The notes under the pieces are model-generated. The model was not told the DNA's origin and ran no database searches. It saw only the letters and a list, made by a program, of their open reading frames with translations. A stretch of DNA of 64,000 bases, taken from positions 14,462 through 78,461 of the forward strand of contig JAGLDC010000035.1 of the NCBI GenBank assembly GCA_023145965.1, in the 5' to 3' direction. The DNA comes from a bacterium. Lineage in GTDB: Bacteria > UBP14 > UBA6098. The translations under genes were made by a program, and so were the position numbers. Within the stretch, counting starts at the first letter, position 1; every line of letters starts with the position of its first letter. Positions 7,747 to 17,983 of the stretch are shown in pieces.

Positions 7747-10326
7747 ATGAGATTCCTATTTGCCCTGACTATCCTATTCGCATTGGCCTTTTCCGTTATC
7801 GCCATACCCTTTACATCGGCTCCTCCCGAAATCCGCCATTTCGCGGAAAACCCAGAAGAAGCGGAAAGACTTGCGCCACTCGAACCAACTTATGAAGGCG
7901 GTTTCGATGTGCTGCATTATGACCTCGCCATCTCGTTTCAATACCCGACAGATCTACTTTCTGGACGATCCGGCATTATTGTCGAAGCGACTTCCTCAGC
8001 CGAATCGATCTATAATTTCCATATCGGCAGTAATCTATCTGCCGATTCTGTCTCAGTGAACAGCGAACCTGTGGCATTCTCGGTTCATTCGGACAGCATT
8101 GCTGTTTCACTCATTTCTCCTTCGACCATTAGTGACACTCTGCGTATCGATATTTATTACCATAATTTAACTGGTGCCGGTTATCAATCTGATGCCAATC
8201 GCTATGGAGAAATCATCGGCTACAGCCATTCCCAACCCAATGATGCGCGCCTTTGGTGGCCCTGTCACGATGTTCCCTATGACAAGGCAACCTTGCGTTT
8301 CTCTATAACAGTTCCGGGAACACTCGATGTTCTATCCAATGGTGTTTGCGCTGATACACTTTTTTTTGGAGACTCAACAACATATATTTGGCAAACCGAT
8401 TACCATATACCGACCTATCTAGTCGTCGTTGATATCGGCGAATTCGATATAGTCGATTTTCCATACTATTTCCCGATGGGGACTTATTGCTACCCGGGAG
8501 ACCTTTCAATCGTTAATACCAAGTTTGGTTATGTAACAGATGCAATGGCTGTTTTCGAGGAGTTATTCGCTCCTTACCCTTTTGAAAAATATTACATGTC
8601 CGTTGTGCCTCTTGGCTATATGGCCATGGAAAACCAAACAGCGACCAGCATGGGCGAATCTTACCTGTATGACGATGAATATTTCGTCGTTGCGCACGAG
8701 CTTTCTCACCACTGGTGGGGTGATGCTCTAACCTGCGGCACATGGAAAGATATTTGGCTTAACGAAGGCTTCGCTAGTTACTGCGAGGCGCTATATATTG
8801 AGCAAGCATATACCTGGGATGATTTTCGTGAATATGTCTGGAATGACCAAATGGCCTATATCACCTCATGGGAATTTAATTCTTTCCCTATATACGATCC
8901 ATATTATATGTGGGGTAGAACGGTCTATCAAAAAGGCGCAAGTATTTTAGATATGCTTCGTTTTCAAACCGGCGATAGTCTATTCTTCGACATCATCAGA
9001 GACTACTTCTCGCGCTATATATACTCTAGCGCTGTTACTACGGATTTTATTGAAGTTTGCGAGGATAATTATGGCGATTCGCTCAGTTGGTTCTTTGATC
9101 AGTGGGTTTACAGCGCACACACTCCAACTTTACAATGGCGCTATTTCACAGATTTAATCAATCCTTTCCCCGATGATTCAATTTCGAGAATGGTATTAGT
9201 TCATCAAGACGAACCTGCCTATCGCATAAAGTTTGGGTTAAGTGTGGTCAACGATGCTGGAAGTATAATTGAACGGTTATCCGCCACTGTGACAGAAAAC
9301 GACCAACCTATTCATATCAAGCATGCCTCCAACAATAATATTATATTCGACAACGACCACCGCGCGCTTTACGCTTATGGGTTTGATATAACAGACCCAA
9401 TCGCCGAAGTCACAGGGCGGGATGTCAAACTCGATTGGGAACCTTTCGAGGATTGGATAGATATCACACATACAATTCTGATGAAGGTTAACGCGACGAC
9501 TTTGGAATTCGATACCATCGCGTGGCCCTTAGATACTTTTGCCACTGATTCAGATGTTGATCCGGGCGTTTACCAGTATTTCATCGCTGGAATATGGGAA
9601 CATGATTCGGCTTTTGCCACATTCCAGACACCAGAAGAGCTCGTCACAGTGCCCGAAGCAGGAGATGAATTCTCTATTCCGGTTAACACAATTGCTATGC
9701 TCGATGATTCGGCGGTCTATAAAATCTATTACTTTCCGTTAATTCAAGAGTGTGATGGTTTTAGAATTAGCATAAAAGCTATTGTTGCAACCGACTCTTT
9801 CCAAATATACTCTTGCCGCGATTCGTTGCCCGAAATCCTCAGCGGTGTTGTTTCAGAATACGATTTTGTTGATTACGGTGATAATATTGAACCGGCTCGG
9901 ATCAGTTATACCACTTCTTCATCTCCCTCGGCGGAGCTATATCATATTTACTATTTCGTTGTTAAAACAGGCCGTCCTTCGGCAATATTCAATTTCACAA
10001 CAGAGTATTTAACAATGGATATTGACGAAAATGCCACTGTTAGACCAGAGGAAATAGATGTTACTATTTATCCAAATCCCTTCAACTCCGCAATTACCCT
10101 TTCGATTCTTGAAACAAGCAATTTAAAAGCATATAATCAGATCGAAACCCAGATTTTCGACATTTCCGGAAGGTTAATCGCCGATCTTGACATGCTCTCG
10201 AATAAAACTGACAACTCAATATCAATTATCTGGGAACCTGACGCAACTGTCGAAAGCGGAGTATATTTTGCCCGAATAAAAATCGACAATATTGTCGTTA
10301 ATAAAAGAATAGTGTTCCTGAAATGA
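7747..10326 (+). CDS. Secreted M1 family zinc aminopeptidase with T9SS type A-like C-terminal domain
   Basis: Signal peptide, AMEN, HELSH..NEGFA, VYQKG. CTD IYPNPFN..IFDISGR..SGVYF..KRIVFLK. Confidence 0.9.
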   Translation: MRFLFALTILFALAFSVIAIPFTSAPPEIRHFAENPEEAERLAPLEPTYEGGFDVLHYDLAISFQYPTDLLSGRSGIIVEATSSAESIYNFHIGSNLSADSVSVNSEPVAFSVHSDSIAVSLISPSTISDTLRIDIYYHNLTGAGYQSDANRYGEIIGYSHSQPNDARLWWPCHDVPYDKATLRFSITVPGTLDVLSNGVCADTLFFGDSTTYIWQTDYHIPTYLVVVDIGEFDIVDFPYYFPMGTYCYPGDLSIVNTKFGYVTDAMAVFEELFAPYPFEKYYMSVVPLGYMAMENQTATSMGESYLYDDEYFVVAHELSHHWWGDALTCGTWKDIWLNEGFASYCEALYIEQAYTWDDFREYVWNDQMAYITSWEFNSFPIYDPYYMWGRTVYQKGASILDMLRFQTGDSLFFDIIRDYFSRYIYSSAVTTDFIEVCEDNYGDSLSWFFDQWVYSAHTPTLQWRYFTDLINPFPDDSISRMVLVHQDEPAYRIKFGLSVVNDAGSIIERLSATVTENDQPIHIKHASNNNIIFDNDHRALYAYGFDITDPIAEVTGRDVKLDWEPFEDWIDITHTILMKVNATTLEFDTIAWPLDTFATDSDVDPGVYQYFIAGIWEHDSAFATFQTPEELVTVPEAGDEFSIPVNTIAMLDDSAVYKIYYFPLIQECDGFRISIKAIVATDSFQIYSCRDSLPEILSGVVSEYDFVDYGDNIEPARISYTTSSSPSAELYHIYYFVVKTGRPSAIFNFTTEYLTMDIDENATVRPEEIDVTIYPNPFNSAITLSILETSNLKAYNQIETQIFDISGRLIADLDMLSNKTDNSISIIWEPDATVESGVYFARIKIDNIVVNKRIVFLK

Positions 10327-10517
10327 ATATCGTATTTCGCAAATAGTGGTTTTTTATGTGTTCGGCGAAAAGCCCTTGCGTTCTATATTTCATGAGTATT
10401 GAGTTTAAGTCAACTATAAACAGAATATTAAATTGCGAAAAGCCCCGATAAGATCATTTCTTGATATTACAAGCTGTCTAAAGACTGATAAAAGCCGACA
10501 ATGCCAGTTAAAATTCT

Positions 10518-10546
10518 TTGACTAATACACTAAAAATTTCTATATT
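10518..10546 (+). promoter_or_regulatory. Putative promoter TTGACT-N17-TATATT
   Basis: Near-consensus hexamers about 60 nt upstream of ATG 10607. Confidence 0.55.
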
Positions 10547-10606
10547 CATAAGATTTAATTTAAAAAATTATCAAATAAAAGAAAGCTAAAGCGAGTCTGA
10601 AAAACT

Positions 10607-12895
10607 ATGGAAAGTGCAGTGAGGGAAAATACCATAAATAGGAGTAAGTCTATTATACTGTCATGGATAGCAATAATAGGATATTTCTTCATGTTTTTCT
10701 TCATCTCTGGGGTAATGGTAGTCTTTTTCAATTATAGTATCCAAAGGCGCGATTTTGCAAAAGGTCATAATGACCTTTTTGAAGAAAACACAGCGCGATT
10801 TTTCCAGAGAGAAGGCCTTTTGCAAGATATCGATAATATTATCGATAACGAAACTCTCAACAAAAACCTCGATATTGATGAAAATTATAAGTCTTTCGCC
10901 CTTTTTGAATGGAATAAAGACTGGGAACCTATCTTGGTTACCTCCCCTGCTTTGTCTGTTGTAGAATTTACCCCAACTCAAATTAATAAAGACTTTTACA
11001 GATACTATGGATCACTGTTTTGGAAAGACAACATAGATGCAATATTAACTAAAACACCTTTCCTTTATTCTGCGGTATGGAAAAAAGGTAGGCTTTTCCT
11101 TTTGGCAGTCGAACTACAACATTCTTGGCTCTACACTCATTTAATTTTCCCACGCCACGCAATTTCTTTGGGATTACTCGGGGTAATACCAAACAGCCTG
11201 TTTTTCGCATTCCTTTGCGCCTTCACCTTAAATCTTTTTGGACGGTTTTATCATTCTAAGCTTATGGAAACAATACAAGGCGGGAAATATCGAATGCCGA
11301 TTCCTGTCTTCCCTGGGTTCATTAAGTTGGTGGAATATGCTCTCTCCAACGCAACCGAAATCGAGCAACAGCGCCGGGAAAAACGCGTTGCGCTGATGGA
11401 AAAATATAACGAATTCGAAAAAGAAAGAGGAGATTTCGCCCTTATTAATGAAGTTTTCAGGGTAGCAGCTTTTGCTCCTGATCTGAAATCTTCGGTTAAT
11501 GCGGCACTCCAAGAGATAATCCGAAGACTGGGAGTGCGTTGCGGTTTCATCTTCACTTTAGATGCTACAGAACAACCCTTTTTTATTGGCGAATACAATC
11601 TTCCAGCCGATATTGCCCACGCCCTTCTGAAAGGAGAAAGCCTCCCAACGGCAACATTCTCGATTCAAGAAAAAAACAACGGCTATGCAATGCTACCCTT
11701 GAAGGCCTTGCCCGGAATAGAGATATCGCCAATACGTTCCCTTGCCGAAGAAGGCCTCACACACGCAATAATAATCCCACTTTACTATCGCGACAAAATA
11801 TGGGGTGGAATGCACCTCTATTCCCCGGGAAGACCAAGGATTCCAGATAGAGATAAAACCGTTCTTCTTACAATTTCAAATACCTTAGTTGTCATCTTGG
11901 AGAATAAGAGACTCCTCGGTGATCTTGACGAAAGAATCAAAGAGAACGTCCATTATTACGAACTCAGTAAAATGCTTATTTCCACATCGGAGTTCGACAT
12001 TTTACTTGAAAATATCCTCTGGATAATTCATGAGTCTATAGATATTGACCACTGTAGCATTATGCTAGCTGACGATGAGGGCGAAATTCTCTCTGTGAAG
12101 GCCGTGTGGGGTTACCCAAATGGTCACAAAAATCCAAGAGTCTCCTTCGGTTCAGGTGTTGTTGGATGGGTGGCCCAAAATGGACAATCTGCTCTGCTTC
12201 ACGATGTTTCCCTTGATACGAGATATATTGAAAACACTGAGGATGCCCGGTCTGAATTGACAGTGCCCCTTCTGGCTGACGGCAAAGTAATCGGTGTCAT
12301 CGACTGTGAATCTAACATCGAATATACATTCAACGAAGCCGACCTACGTTTTCTTACTCAACTCTCAGGGCCGGTAGGACTTGCTATTCAAAGGACTTTG
12401 GTTCAGACTGCTCTGGCAAAGCAATACATTATCGATTCCATTTCACAAACCTACAATAGAAATTACTTCGATGAATATATTTCAAAACACGGAAAAGAGA
12501 CTCTGCTGAGACACGGAAGGGTTTCGATAGCCATTGTCGGCGTTTCGAATCTGAAAGAAATCGAAAAAGAATACGGACAACCTGCATCCAATTTGATAAT
12601 AAAACAAACAGCCAATATGCTGGAGGAGCTTTTTCCAGAGGCAGTGATAGCTCGATATACTGATTCTGAGTTTTATATTCTTCTTCCCGGTTTAGGAGAG
12701 GAAGCTATGGAAAAACTCATCGATTCTATAAGAAAGCGTTCTCTTAAATGGTCACGCGAACACGCCGATACCCGTCCGCTTTCATTCACAGCCGGGTATG
12801 CCACTGCCACACGTTTTGACGAACTGGAGAGTCTTATCCAGAGAACAGACAAAGAAAGCGCTTGGATCAAAGATAAAAAACACCATGAAAACTAA
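10607..12895 (+). CDS. Membrane-anchored GAF-GAF protein with degenerate GGDEF domain
   Basis: Two TM segments and two GAF domains (GVVGWVAQNG..SELTVPL..VIGVID). The GGDEF fold reads ARYTDSEF in place of GGDEF. Confidence 0.8.
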   Translation: MESAVRENTINRSKSIILSWIAIIGYFFMFFFISGVMVVFFNYSIQRRDFAKGHNDLFEENTARFFQREGLLQDIDNIIDNETLNKNLDIDENYKSFALFEWNKDWEPILVTSPALSVVEFTPTQINKDFYRYYGSLFWKDNIDAILTKTPFLYSAVWKKGRLFLLAVELQHSWLYTHLIFPRHAISLGLLGVIPNSLFFAFLCAFTLNLFGRFYHSKLMETIQGGKYRMPIPVFPGFIKLVEYALSNATEIEQQRREKRVALMEKYNEFEKERGDFALINEVFRVAAFAPDLKSSVNAALQEIIRRLGVRCGFIFTLDATEQPFFIGEYNLPADIAHALLKGESLPTATFSIQEKNNGYAMLPLKALPGIEISPIRSLAEEGLTHAIIIPLYYRDKIWGGMHLYSPGRPRIPDRDKTVLLTISNTLVVILENKRLLGDLDERIKENVHYYELSKMLISTSEFDILLENILWIIHESIDIDHCSIMLADDEGEILSVKAVWGYPNGHKNPRVSFGSGVVGWVAQNGQSALLHDVSLDTRYIENTEDARSELTVPLLADGKVIGVIDCESNIEYTFNEADLRFLTQLSGPVGLAIQRTLVQTALAKQYIIDSISQTYNRNYFDEYISKHGKETLLRHGRVSIAIVGVSNLKEIEKEYGQPASNLIIKQTANMLEELFPEAVIARYTDSEFYILLPGLGEEAMEKLIDSIRKRSLKWSREHADTRPLSFTAGYATATRFDELESLIQRTDKESAWIKDKKHHEN

Positions 12896-13907
12896 AATAC
12901 ACAGCTTTAATTTTTCCCTCCTTATTGCATTAATAATTTTCCTGGGCTACCTTGGAGGGTGTGCGCATATACAAGTCGAAAGCCCCGCTGCTGGTTTCGT
13001 TCGCGAAGGCACCAGTTTATTTAACGCGGATAAAATCGATGAATCGGCTATCCTTTTTCGTAAAGCCTATGCCGCCGATCCATTTTTTGCTCCAGCCTAT
13101 AAAATGCTCGGAAGAGTCTATCTTGCTAAAGGCGATAACTACCGCGCTGAAATGTTCTTTCGAAAATCGCTTGCTCTGGATAGCTCGAACTCCGAAATAT
13201 ATGGCTGGATAGGCGATATTTATTGGGCAGATGGTGATACTGCAGGTGCTTTTGAATACTACCAGAAATGTCCAAAAGAAGACCCTCATTATGCGATCTT
13301 GCACTATAGGCTAGGTGTGAGAGAATATCAGAATGGACATATCGATAAGGCTAGAAACGAGTTTGAAAAAGCTCTAGAATATCCAGAGTTTTGGGGCGGG
13401 CATTTCGGTCTTGGACTTATCTCATTCTCCAATGGCGAATACCAGAATGCAGCAACATATTTCCATGAGGCGGAAAGATCTTGTGCTGAGCCAGAGGTCT
13501 CCTTTTGGCTTGCCAAATCTTATAGGATGCAAGCACGCGATGCCGAAGCGTATTTTTATTTTAAACAGTTTACAAATTCCATTCAGGGCGAATGCTTGCT
13601 TTGCCCCGAGGCCGAGGAATCTGCAAAACAATTGAAGAGCGCTGTAGTTGATTCATCCCTTGAAATAGACACATCTCTTGTTATACCCTTTACAGTCCTC
13701 GAACACGATGTTCTCGAGGTCGGGATCTTCGATCTTGAGGGACGTCTTGTTAAATCTCTTTTTAATGGTTGGATAACAAAAGGAGATTATACTTTGGAGT
13801 GGAACGGCGAAAACTCAAATGGAGAGCTCATGGACAACGGTGTTTATCTTGGATGTGTTGAGCGCAAATTTGATCTCGAACTTAAACCTATTCTTCTCGA
13901 AAAATAA
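12885..13907 (+). CDS. TPR lipoprotein with C-terminal FlgD-like Ig domain
   Basis: ATG 12885 overlaps the upstream gene. Lipobox LGGC, TPRs, then IFDLEGRLVKSL..WNGENSNG..GVY. Confidence 0.75.
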   Translation: MKTKIHSFNFSLLIALIIFLGYLGGCAHIQVESPAAGFVREGTSLFNADKIDESAILFRKAYAADPFFAPAYKMLGRVYLAKGDNYRAEMFFRKSLALDSSNSEIYGWIGDIYWADGDTAGAFEYYQKCPKEDPHYAILHYRLGVREYQNGHIDKARNEFEKALEYPEFWGGHFGLGLISFSNGEYQNAATYFHEAERSCAEPEVSFWLAKSYRMQARDAEAYFYFKQFTNSIQGECLLCPEAEESAKQLKSAVVDSSLEIDTSLVIPFTVLEHDVLEVGIFDLEGRLVKSLFNGWITKGDYTLEWNGENSNGELMDNGVYLGCVERKFDLELKPILLEK

Positions 13908-13909
13908 AA

Positions 13910-16900
13910 GTGGAACGTTTCATTGATAAAAACCTTTTTAGAAGCGCAATTGCGCTTCTTTTTTTCCTGATAGGTTCAGTTTGCGCACTCGACTCTTATT
14001 ATTTGTCATTCGATCCTATCGACTTAGCCACGCTCAGAAAATATGAAAATCTATCTTTCGAAGAGAGAAAACATATAACAGTAGGTATTCTTCGAGCATA
14101 CTCGGAAAAAGCCCAAGCAGAAGCTCTCATTCTGTTAGATGAATTAACACGCAATGGTGAAATCTCCGATGTCCGTCCCCTTTGGATATGCAACTGCATT
14201 CGTTTTTCGGCTACAACATCAGCAATCGATCAAATCGAATCATCACAACTGGATGCTCGTCTTGTTAAGAGTATTCCAAAAGAAGCAATGCTGTTTAATC
14301 CCGCAAAAACCTCAGAATATGAGGCTTCGGTGGATAGCATAGCATGGGGATTGGAGCAAGTTGGGGTGCCAACCATATGGCGCAGTTTTGGGCTGGACGG
14401 AAAAGGCACACTCGTAGCAATTCTCGACAGTGGAACTGACTTCGGCAACCCAAACCTTATAGGCTCTTTTTGGGAAAACACCAGCGAGATACCTTTAAAC
14501 AACATCGATGACGATAGTAACGGTTACATAGATGACTGGCGCGGTTACGATTGGACAGAAGACGATCCATGGCCTTACGATGAGCGCGGCCATGGCACCC
14601 ATGTTTCAGGGATTGTTGCGGGACGAGGTATTATGGGCATGGCCACAGGAATGGCTCCGGCATGCAAGATAATGCCTCTTAAAGTGCTAAACTATTCCGG
14701 AACTGGAGAGGAAGCAGATGTTTGGGAGGCTATCCAATACGCTATTGAGAATGGTGCTCGAGTTATGAATCTCTCTATCGGTTGGCGCTACAGCAGCTCA
14801 CCAGACAGGTCGGCCTGGCGTGCTGCTGTCGAATCCGCATGTGAAATCGGCGTGGTAATGTGCATTGCAGGGGGCAATGAAGGCGGAACTGATGGCGCTC
14901 CGAATAACCTTCGCACACCCGGAGATGTCCCTCGAGCTCTCACTGTTGGGGCCACGGACATACTCGATGAACGCGCGAGTTTTAGTTCCCTCGGACCGGT
15001 TGCGTGGGGAGAAGTTGCTCCGTATTTCGATCATCCATACCCTCCGGGTCTCATTAAACCGGATATTGTAGCGCCGGGGGATTCGGTTCCAAGCTCAACT
15101 TTAGGCGGCGGTGTCGAATATTGGGATGGCACCAGCATGGCCTGTCCTCATCTAGCTGGCGCATCTGCTATTATTCTCCAGCTATGCCCCGACATCTCGC
15201 ACGATTCTGTTAAAGCACTTATTGAAACCTCGGCGTTTGACCTCGGTCCAACCGGCAAGGATAGTATTTACGGTTCTGGAAGACTCGACCTTATTAACCT
15301 ATTTAACCGGCTTGATAATATCGGCTGGCTGCGCGGCAATACCGAACCTTTGGCGCAGATATGCTCGACCCCTTCCCAAGCCAAAATCCAAGCCGATAGT
15401 CTTGGCCATTTCTTCATTGCGATGAAAGAGGGAACTTATACAATCACAGCCGATAAATTTGGATTTTCATCTACGACATCCCTCGTGAGTGTAGTCGCTG
15501 GAGACACTTCCTTCATCAATTTACCAATTTCCCCCGGAATTCCTAACAACCTTCAATTTGTAGTCAGGGATTTCGACAATGGTGCTCCAATAGGCGATGC
15601 CATCTTGACTTTCCCGCTGTGGCCATTAGATAGTTTTTACACCCTTTCCGACGGCAGAATTGCAATAAGCATCTCAGAATCGGACACTACAACCGTGCAA
15701 ATAAACAAATCTGGTTGGACAACCTATGAATTCACAGCTAACGAAATCTACCCAGATACTATGCTTCACACAATTTATTTACAACGCGCCCTTGACTTTG
15801 AATTGGATTCCGGTCTAACACATTGGGGCATAAGTGATTCCATATATAGCGACGATTGGGAGTGGGGAACACCTTCGACAGGGCCATCTCCTCGAAGCGG
15901 CGATAGACTTTGGGCTACACGATTGGACACCACCTATTCAAATTCAAGCGACAGTTGGCTTAGTCTTGGACAAGTTGATCTTTCTTCGGATGCGGAAGCT
16001 CCTCGCCTTGAATTTTTCCAATGGTTCGAGCTGGAGGCCAGCTCGCGTGCTTGCTGGGATGGAGGAAACATCAAGGCTCGAATTCCTGACAGTGAATGGA
16101 ATATTATCGAACCTCAGGGTGGGTATCCTATCTTCATCGATGACTATAATCCCATCACAGGTGGACAACCCGGATTTTCAGGTGAGTTCAGTGGCGCACA
16201 TTGGCACAGGGTTGTTTTTTCGCTCGATGCCTTCATTGGTGACACAGTCGAACTAGCAGCACACATGGGTTCCGATAACAATACAGTTTATTCTGGATGG
16301 TTTATCGACGATGTAGCGATTCTTCCAAAAACACTTCGAGAACCCATATTTCGAAGTGTTTCCACTGAATTTACAGCAGGTGAGGTTGTAATTTCAGGGA
16401 CATTATTCGCTGTAAACTCGGAAATTGTCGAGGACTCTCTCCTGGCACATTTTGGGGGCGCAGCCTCTGGAACAGCATCCATGATTTCGATTGGTGAGTA
16501 TTTCGAATGCTCAATAGAAGGTCCTTTTTCGAGTGAAAGCCTATTTATATGGCTTTCGGTAGTCGATAGCGAAGCCCGAAAAGCTATTTATCCACATAGC
16601 GCCCCAGATTCGATGATAACGGTCTTGATCGATTTTTCTGAAGATACAACCTCACCTATTATCGAACGATGGGCATACTGGCCTAATCGAATAATTGGAT
16701 TGGATTCCACCGTTTTCGTATTTATAATCGAGGACAGCTCGCCGACAACCTCAATATTTACCTTCGAGCAAGACTCCATAATCGACAGTATAATTATCCC
16801 CGGCTCTTTTTATGACACATTATTGATTACCATTCCGCTTACTTCGTCGAGTGCCCTCGAATGGCATATTACCTCCAGAGATAGCTTTGGTAATATCGCA

Positions 16901-17650
16901 TCAGATTCTTCGACTGTTACTTTTGCGACTGAAGTCTCTTTAGATTTTCATACAACATCCTCGCCCTTCGAAATATCCGACAGCACAAATTGGCGGTGGC
17001 TCCCCGATAGTGGATGGCTTTTTTCAAGCGAAGGCCCAATTCTAGAATTTCTCGATCTTCCACTTCTCGAGTGCCCTGGAACCTTAGCCATCGAGATAAT
17101 TGGTGAATACCATTTTGATGGCAACAGCGCGGGTGCGCTTATCTTCAAGGGTTTTCCGGGCGATAGTTTTGCATCTTTACCAGATACCATTCCTTCCGGA
17201 AATCCTTTCTTTCCTGGACTGCCCGGTGTTATCGGCACAGGGAATATTGTATCGACTATACTTCCATCAGTTTCTGGTGGAATCTTCACTTTTCAACTTG
17301 CCGCTGCCATTCCTGATAGCGATTTCGCATATTGGCTTATAGACTCCATCTGTTTCTTAACCGAATCGAAGATTACGCAAGCTTTAACACCAAAGGATTT
17401 ATCGATTTCTGTTTTTCCAAATCCCTTTAACGATGCATGTAAAATATGTATCGATAACCTCGATAAACCATCGGTGATAGATATTTTCGACATCTGCGGA
17501 AGACGTGTTTATTCACGAAATCTTACCTCCGAAACCTCATCTTTCGTCTGGGATGGCTGTTCTACAACTCGAAAGTGCCTGCCCTCCGGAGTTTATTTGA
17601 TTAAGTTGGCCGACTCGATTGAGATTGCTAAGATCACTTTACTTCATTAA
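13910..17650 (+). CDS. Secreted S8 subtilase with Ig/jelly-roll accessory domains and T9SS/FlgD-type CTD
   Basis: Catalytic triad motifs ILDSG, GHGTHVSG, GTSMACPH. DGGN..GWFIDDV module. VFPNPFN..SGVYLI. Confidence 0.9.
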   Translation: MERFIDKNLFRSAIALLFFLIGSVCALDSYYLSFDPIDLATLRKYENLSFEERKHITVGILRAYSEKAQAEALILLDELTRNGEISDVRPLWICNCIRFSATTSAIDQIESSQLDARLVKSIPKEAMLFNPAKTSEYEASVDSIAWGLEQVGVPTIWRSFGLDGKGTLVAILDSGTDFGNPNLIGSFWENTSEIPLNNIDDDSNGYIDDWRGYDWTEDDPWPYDERGHGTHVSGIVAGRGIMGMATGMAPACKIMPLKVLNYSGTGEEADVWEAIQYAIENGARVMNLSIGWRYSSSPDRSAWRAAVESACEIGVVMCIAGGNEGGTDGAPNNLRTPGDVPRALTVGATDILDERASFSSLGPVAWGEVAPYFDHPYPPGLIKPDIVAPGDSVPSSTLGGGVEYWDGTSMACPHLAGASAIILQLCPDISHDSVKALIETSAFDLGPTGKDSIYGSGRLDLINLFNRLDNIGWLRGNTEPLAQICSTPSQAKIQADSLGHFFIAMKEGTYTITADKFGFSSTTSLVSVVAGDTSFINLPISPGIPNNLQFVVRDFDNGAPIGDAILTFPLWPLDSFYTLSDGRIAISISESDTTTVQINKSGWTTYEFTANEIYPDTMLHTIYLQRALDFELDSGLTHWGISDSIYSDDWEWGTPSTGPSPRSGDRLWATRLDTTYSNSSDSWLSLGQVDLSSDAEAPRLEFFQWFELEASSRACWDGGNIKARIPDSEWNIIEPQGGYPIFIDDYNPITGGQPGFSGEFSGAHWHRVVFSLDAFIGDTVELAAHMGSDNNTVYSGWFIDDVAILPKTLREPIFRSVSTEFTAGEVVISGTLFAVNSEIVEDSLLAHFGGAASGTASMISIGEYFECSIEGPFSSESLFIWLSVVDSEARKAIYPHSAPDSMITVLIDFSEDTTSPIIERWAYWPNRIIGLDSTVFVFIIEDSSPTTSIFTFEQDSIIDSIIIPGSFYDTLLITIPLTSSSALEWHITSRDSFGNIASDSSTVTFATEVSLDFHTTSSPFEISDSTNWRWLPDSGWLFSSEGPILEFLDLPLLECPGTLAIEIIGEYHFDGNSAGALIFKGFPGDSFASLPDTIPSGNPFFPGLPGVIGTGNIVSTILPSVSGGIFTFQLAAAIPDSDFAYWLIDSICFLTESKITQALTPKDLSISVFPNPFNDACKICIDNLDKPSVIDIFDICGRRVYSRNLTSETSSFVWDGCSTTRKCLPSGVYLIKLADSIEIAKITLLH

Positions 17651-17835
17651 TAAAATCTTTCTATTAGAATGACTTTTCTTACTTAGCAGGGAGATCGCCA
17701 ATTTTGCTTTTTCATACCGGGCCTTTCATTCCATAATTTCACAAATCCGAAAAGCTTCACTTAATCTTTTCTACAGTTTCCTTAATTTCCTTAAATAACG
17801 ACCTACCTATAAAAATGGGATAGGAAGCGAGGTGC

Positions 17836-17862
17836 TTCAGCGCACAATTTTTGTGCGCTGAA
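17836..17862. repeat. Perfect 12-bp inverted repeat, candidate enhancer-binding-protein site
   Basis: TTCAGCGCACAA-TTT-TTGTGCGCTGAA, with an extra half site TGTGCGC at 17871-17877. Confidence 0.7.
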
Positions 17863-17929
17863 ATAAAATATGTGCGCCAATATATATTATAAAATACCAT
17901 ACTATATTGATTAGCAATACCTTACAGTT

Positions 17930-17944
17930 TGGCACGGCCAATGC
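17930..17944 (+). promoter_or_regulatory. Putative sigma54 (-24/-12) promoter
   Basis: TGGCACG-GCCA-ATGC matches TGGCACG-N4-TTGC at all but one position. It lies 40 nt upstream of ATG 17984, which has a GGAGGT SD. Confidence 0.7.
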
Positions 17945-17983
17945 GTTAATTCTTTGTGTAACAGAAATAAAACGGAGGTAAAT

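Noticed and set aside
10330-10520. c-di-GMP riboswitch upstream of the GGDEF-like gene
   Set aside because: A short GCGAAAAGCCC repeat is present, but the GEMM consensus stems could not be built.
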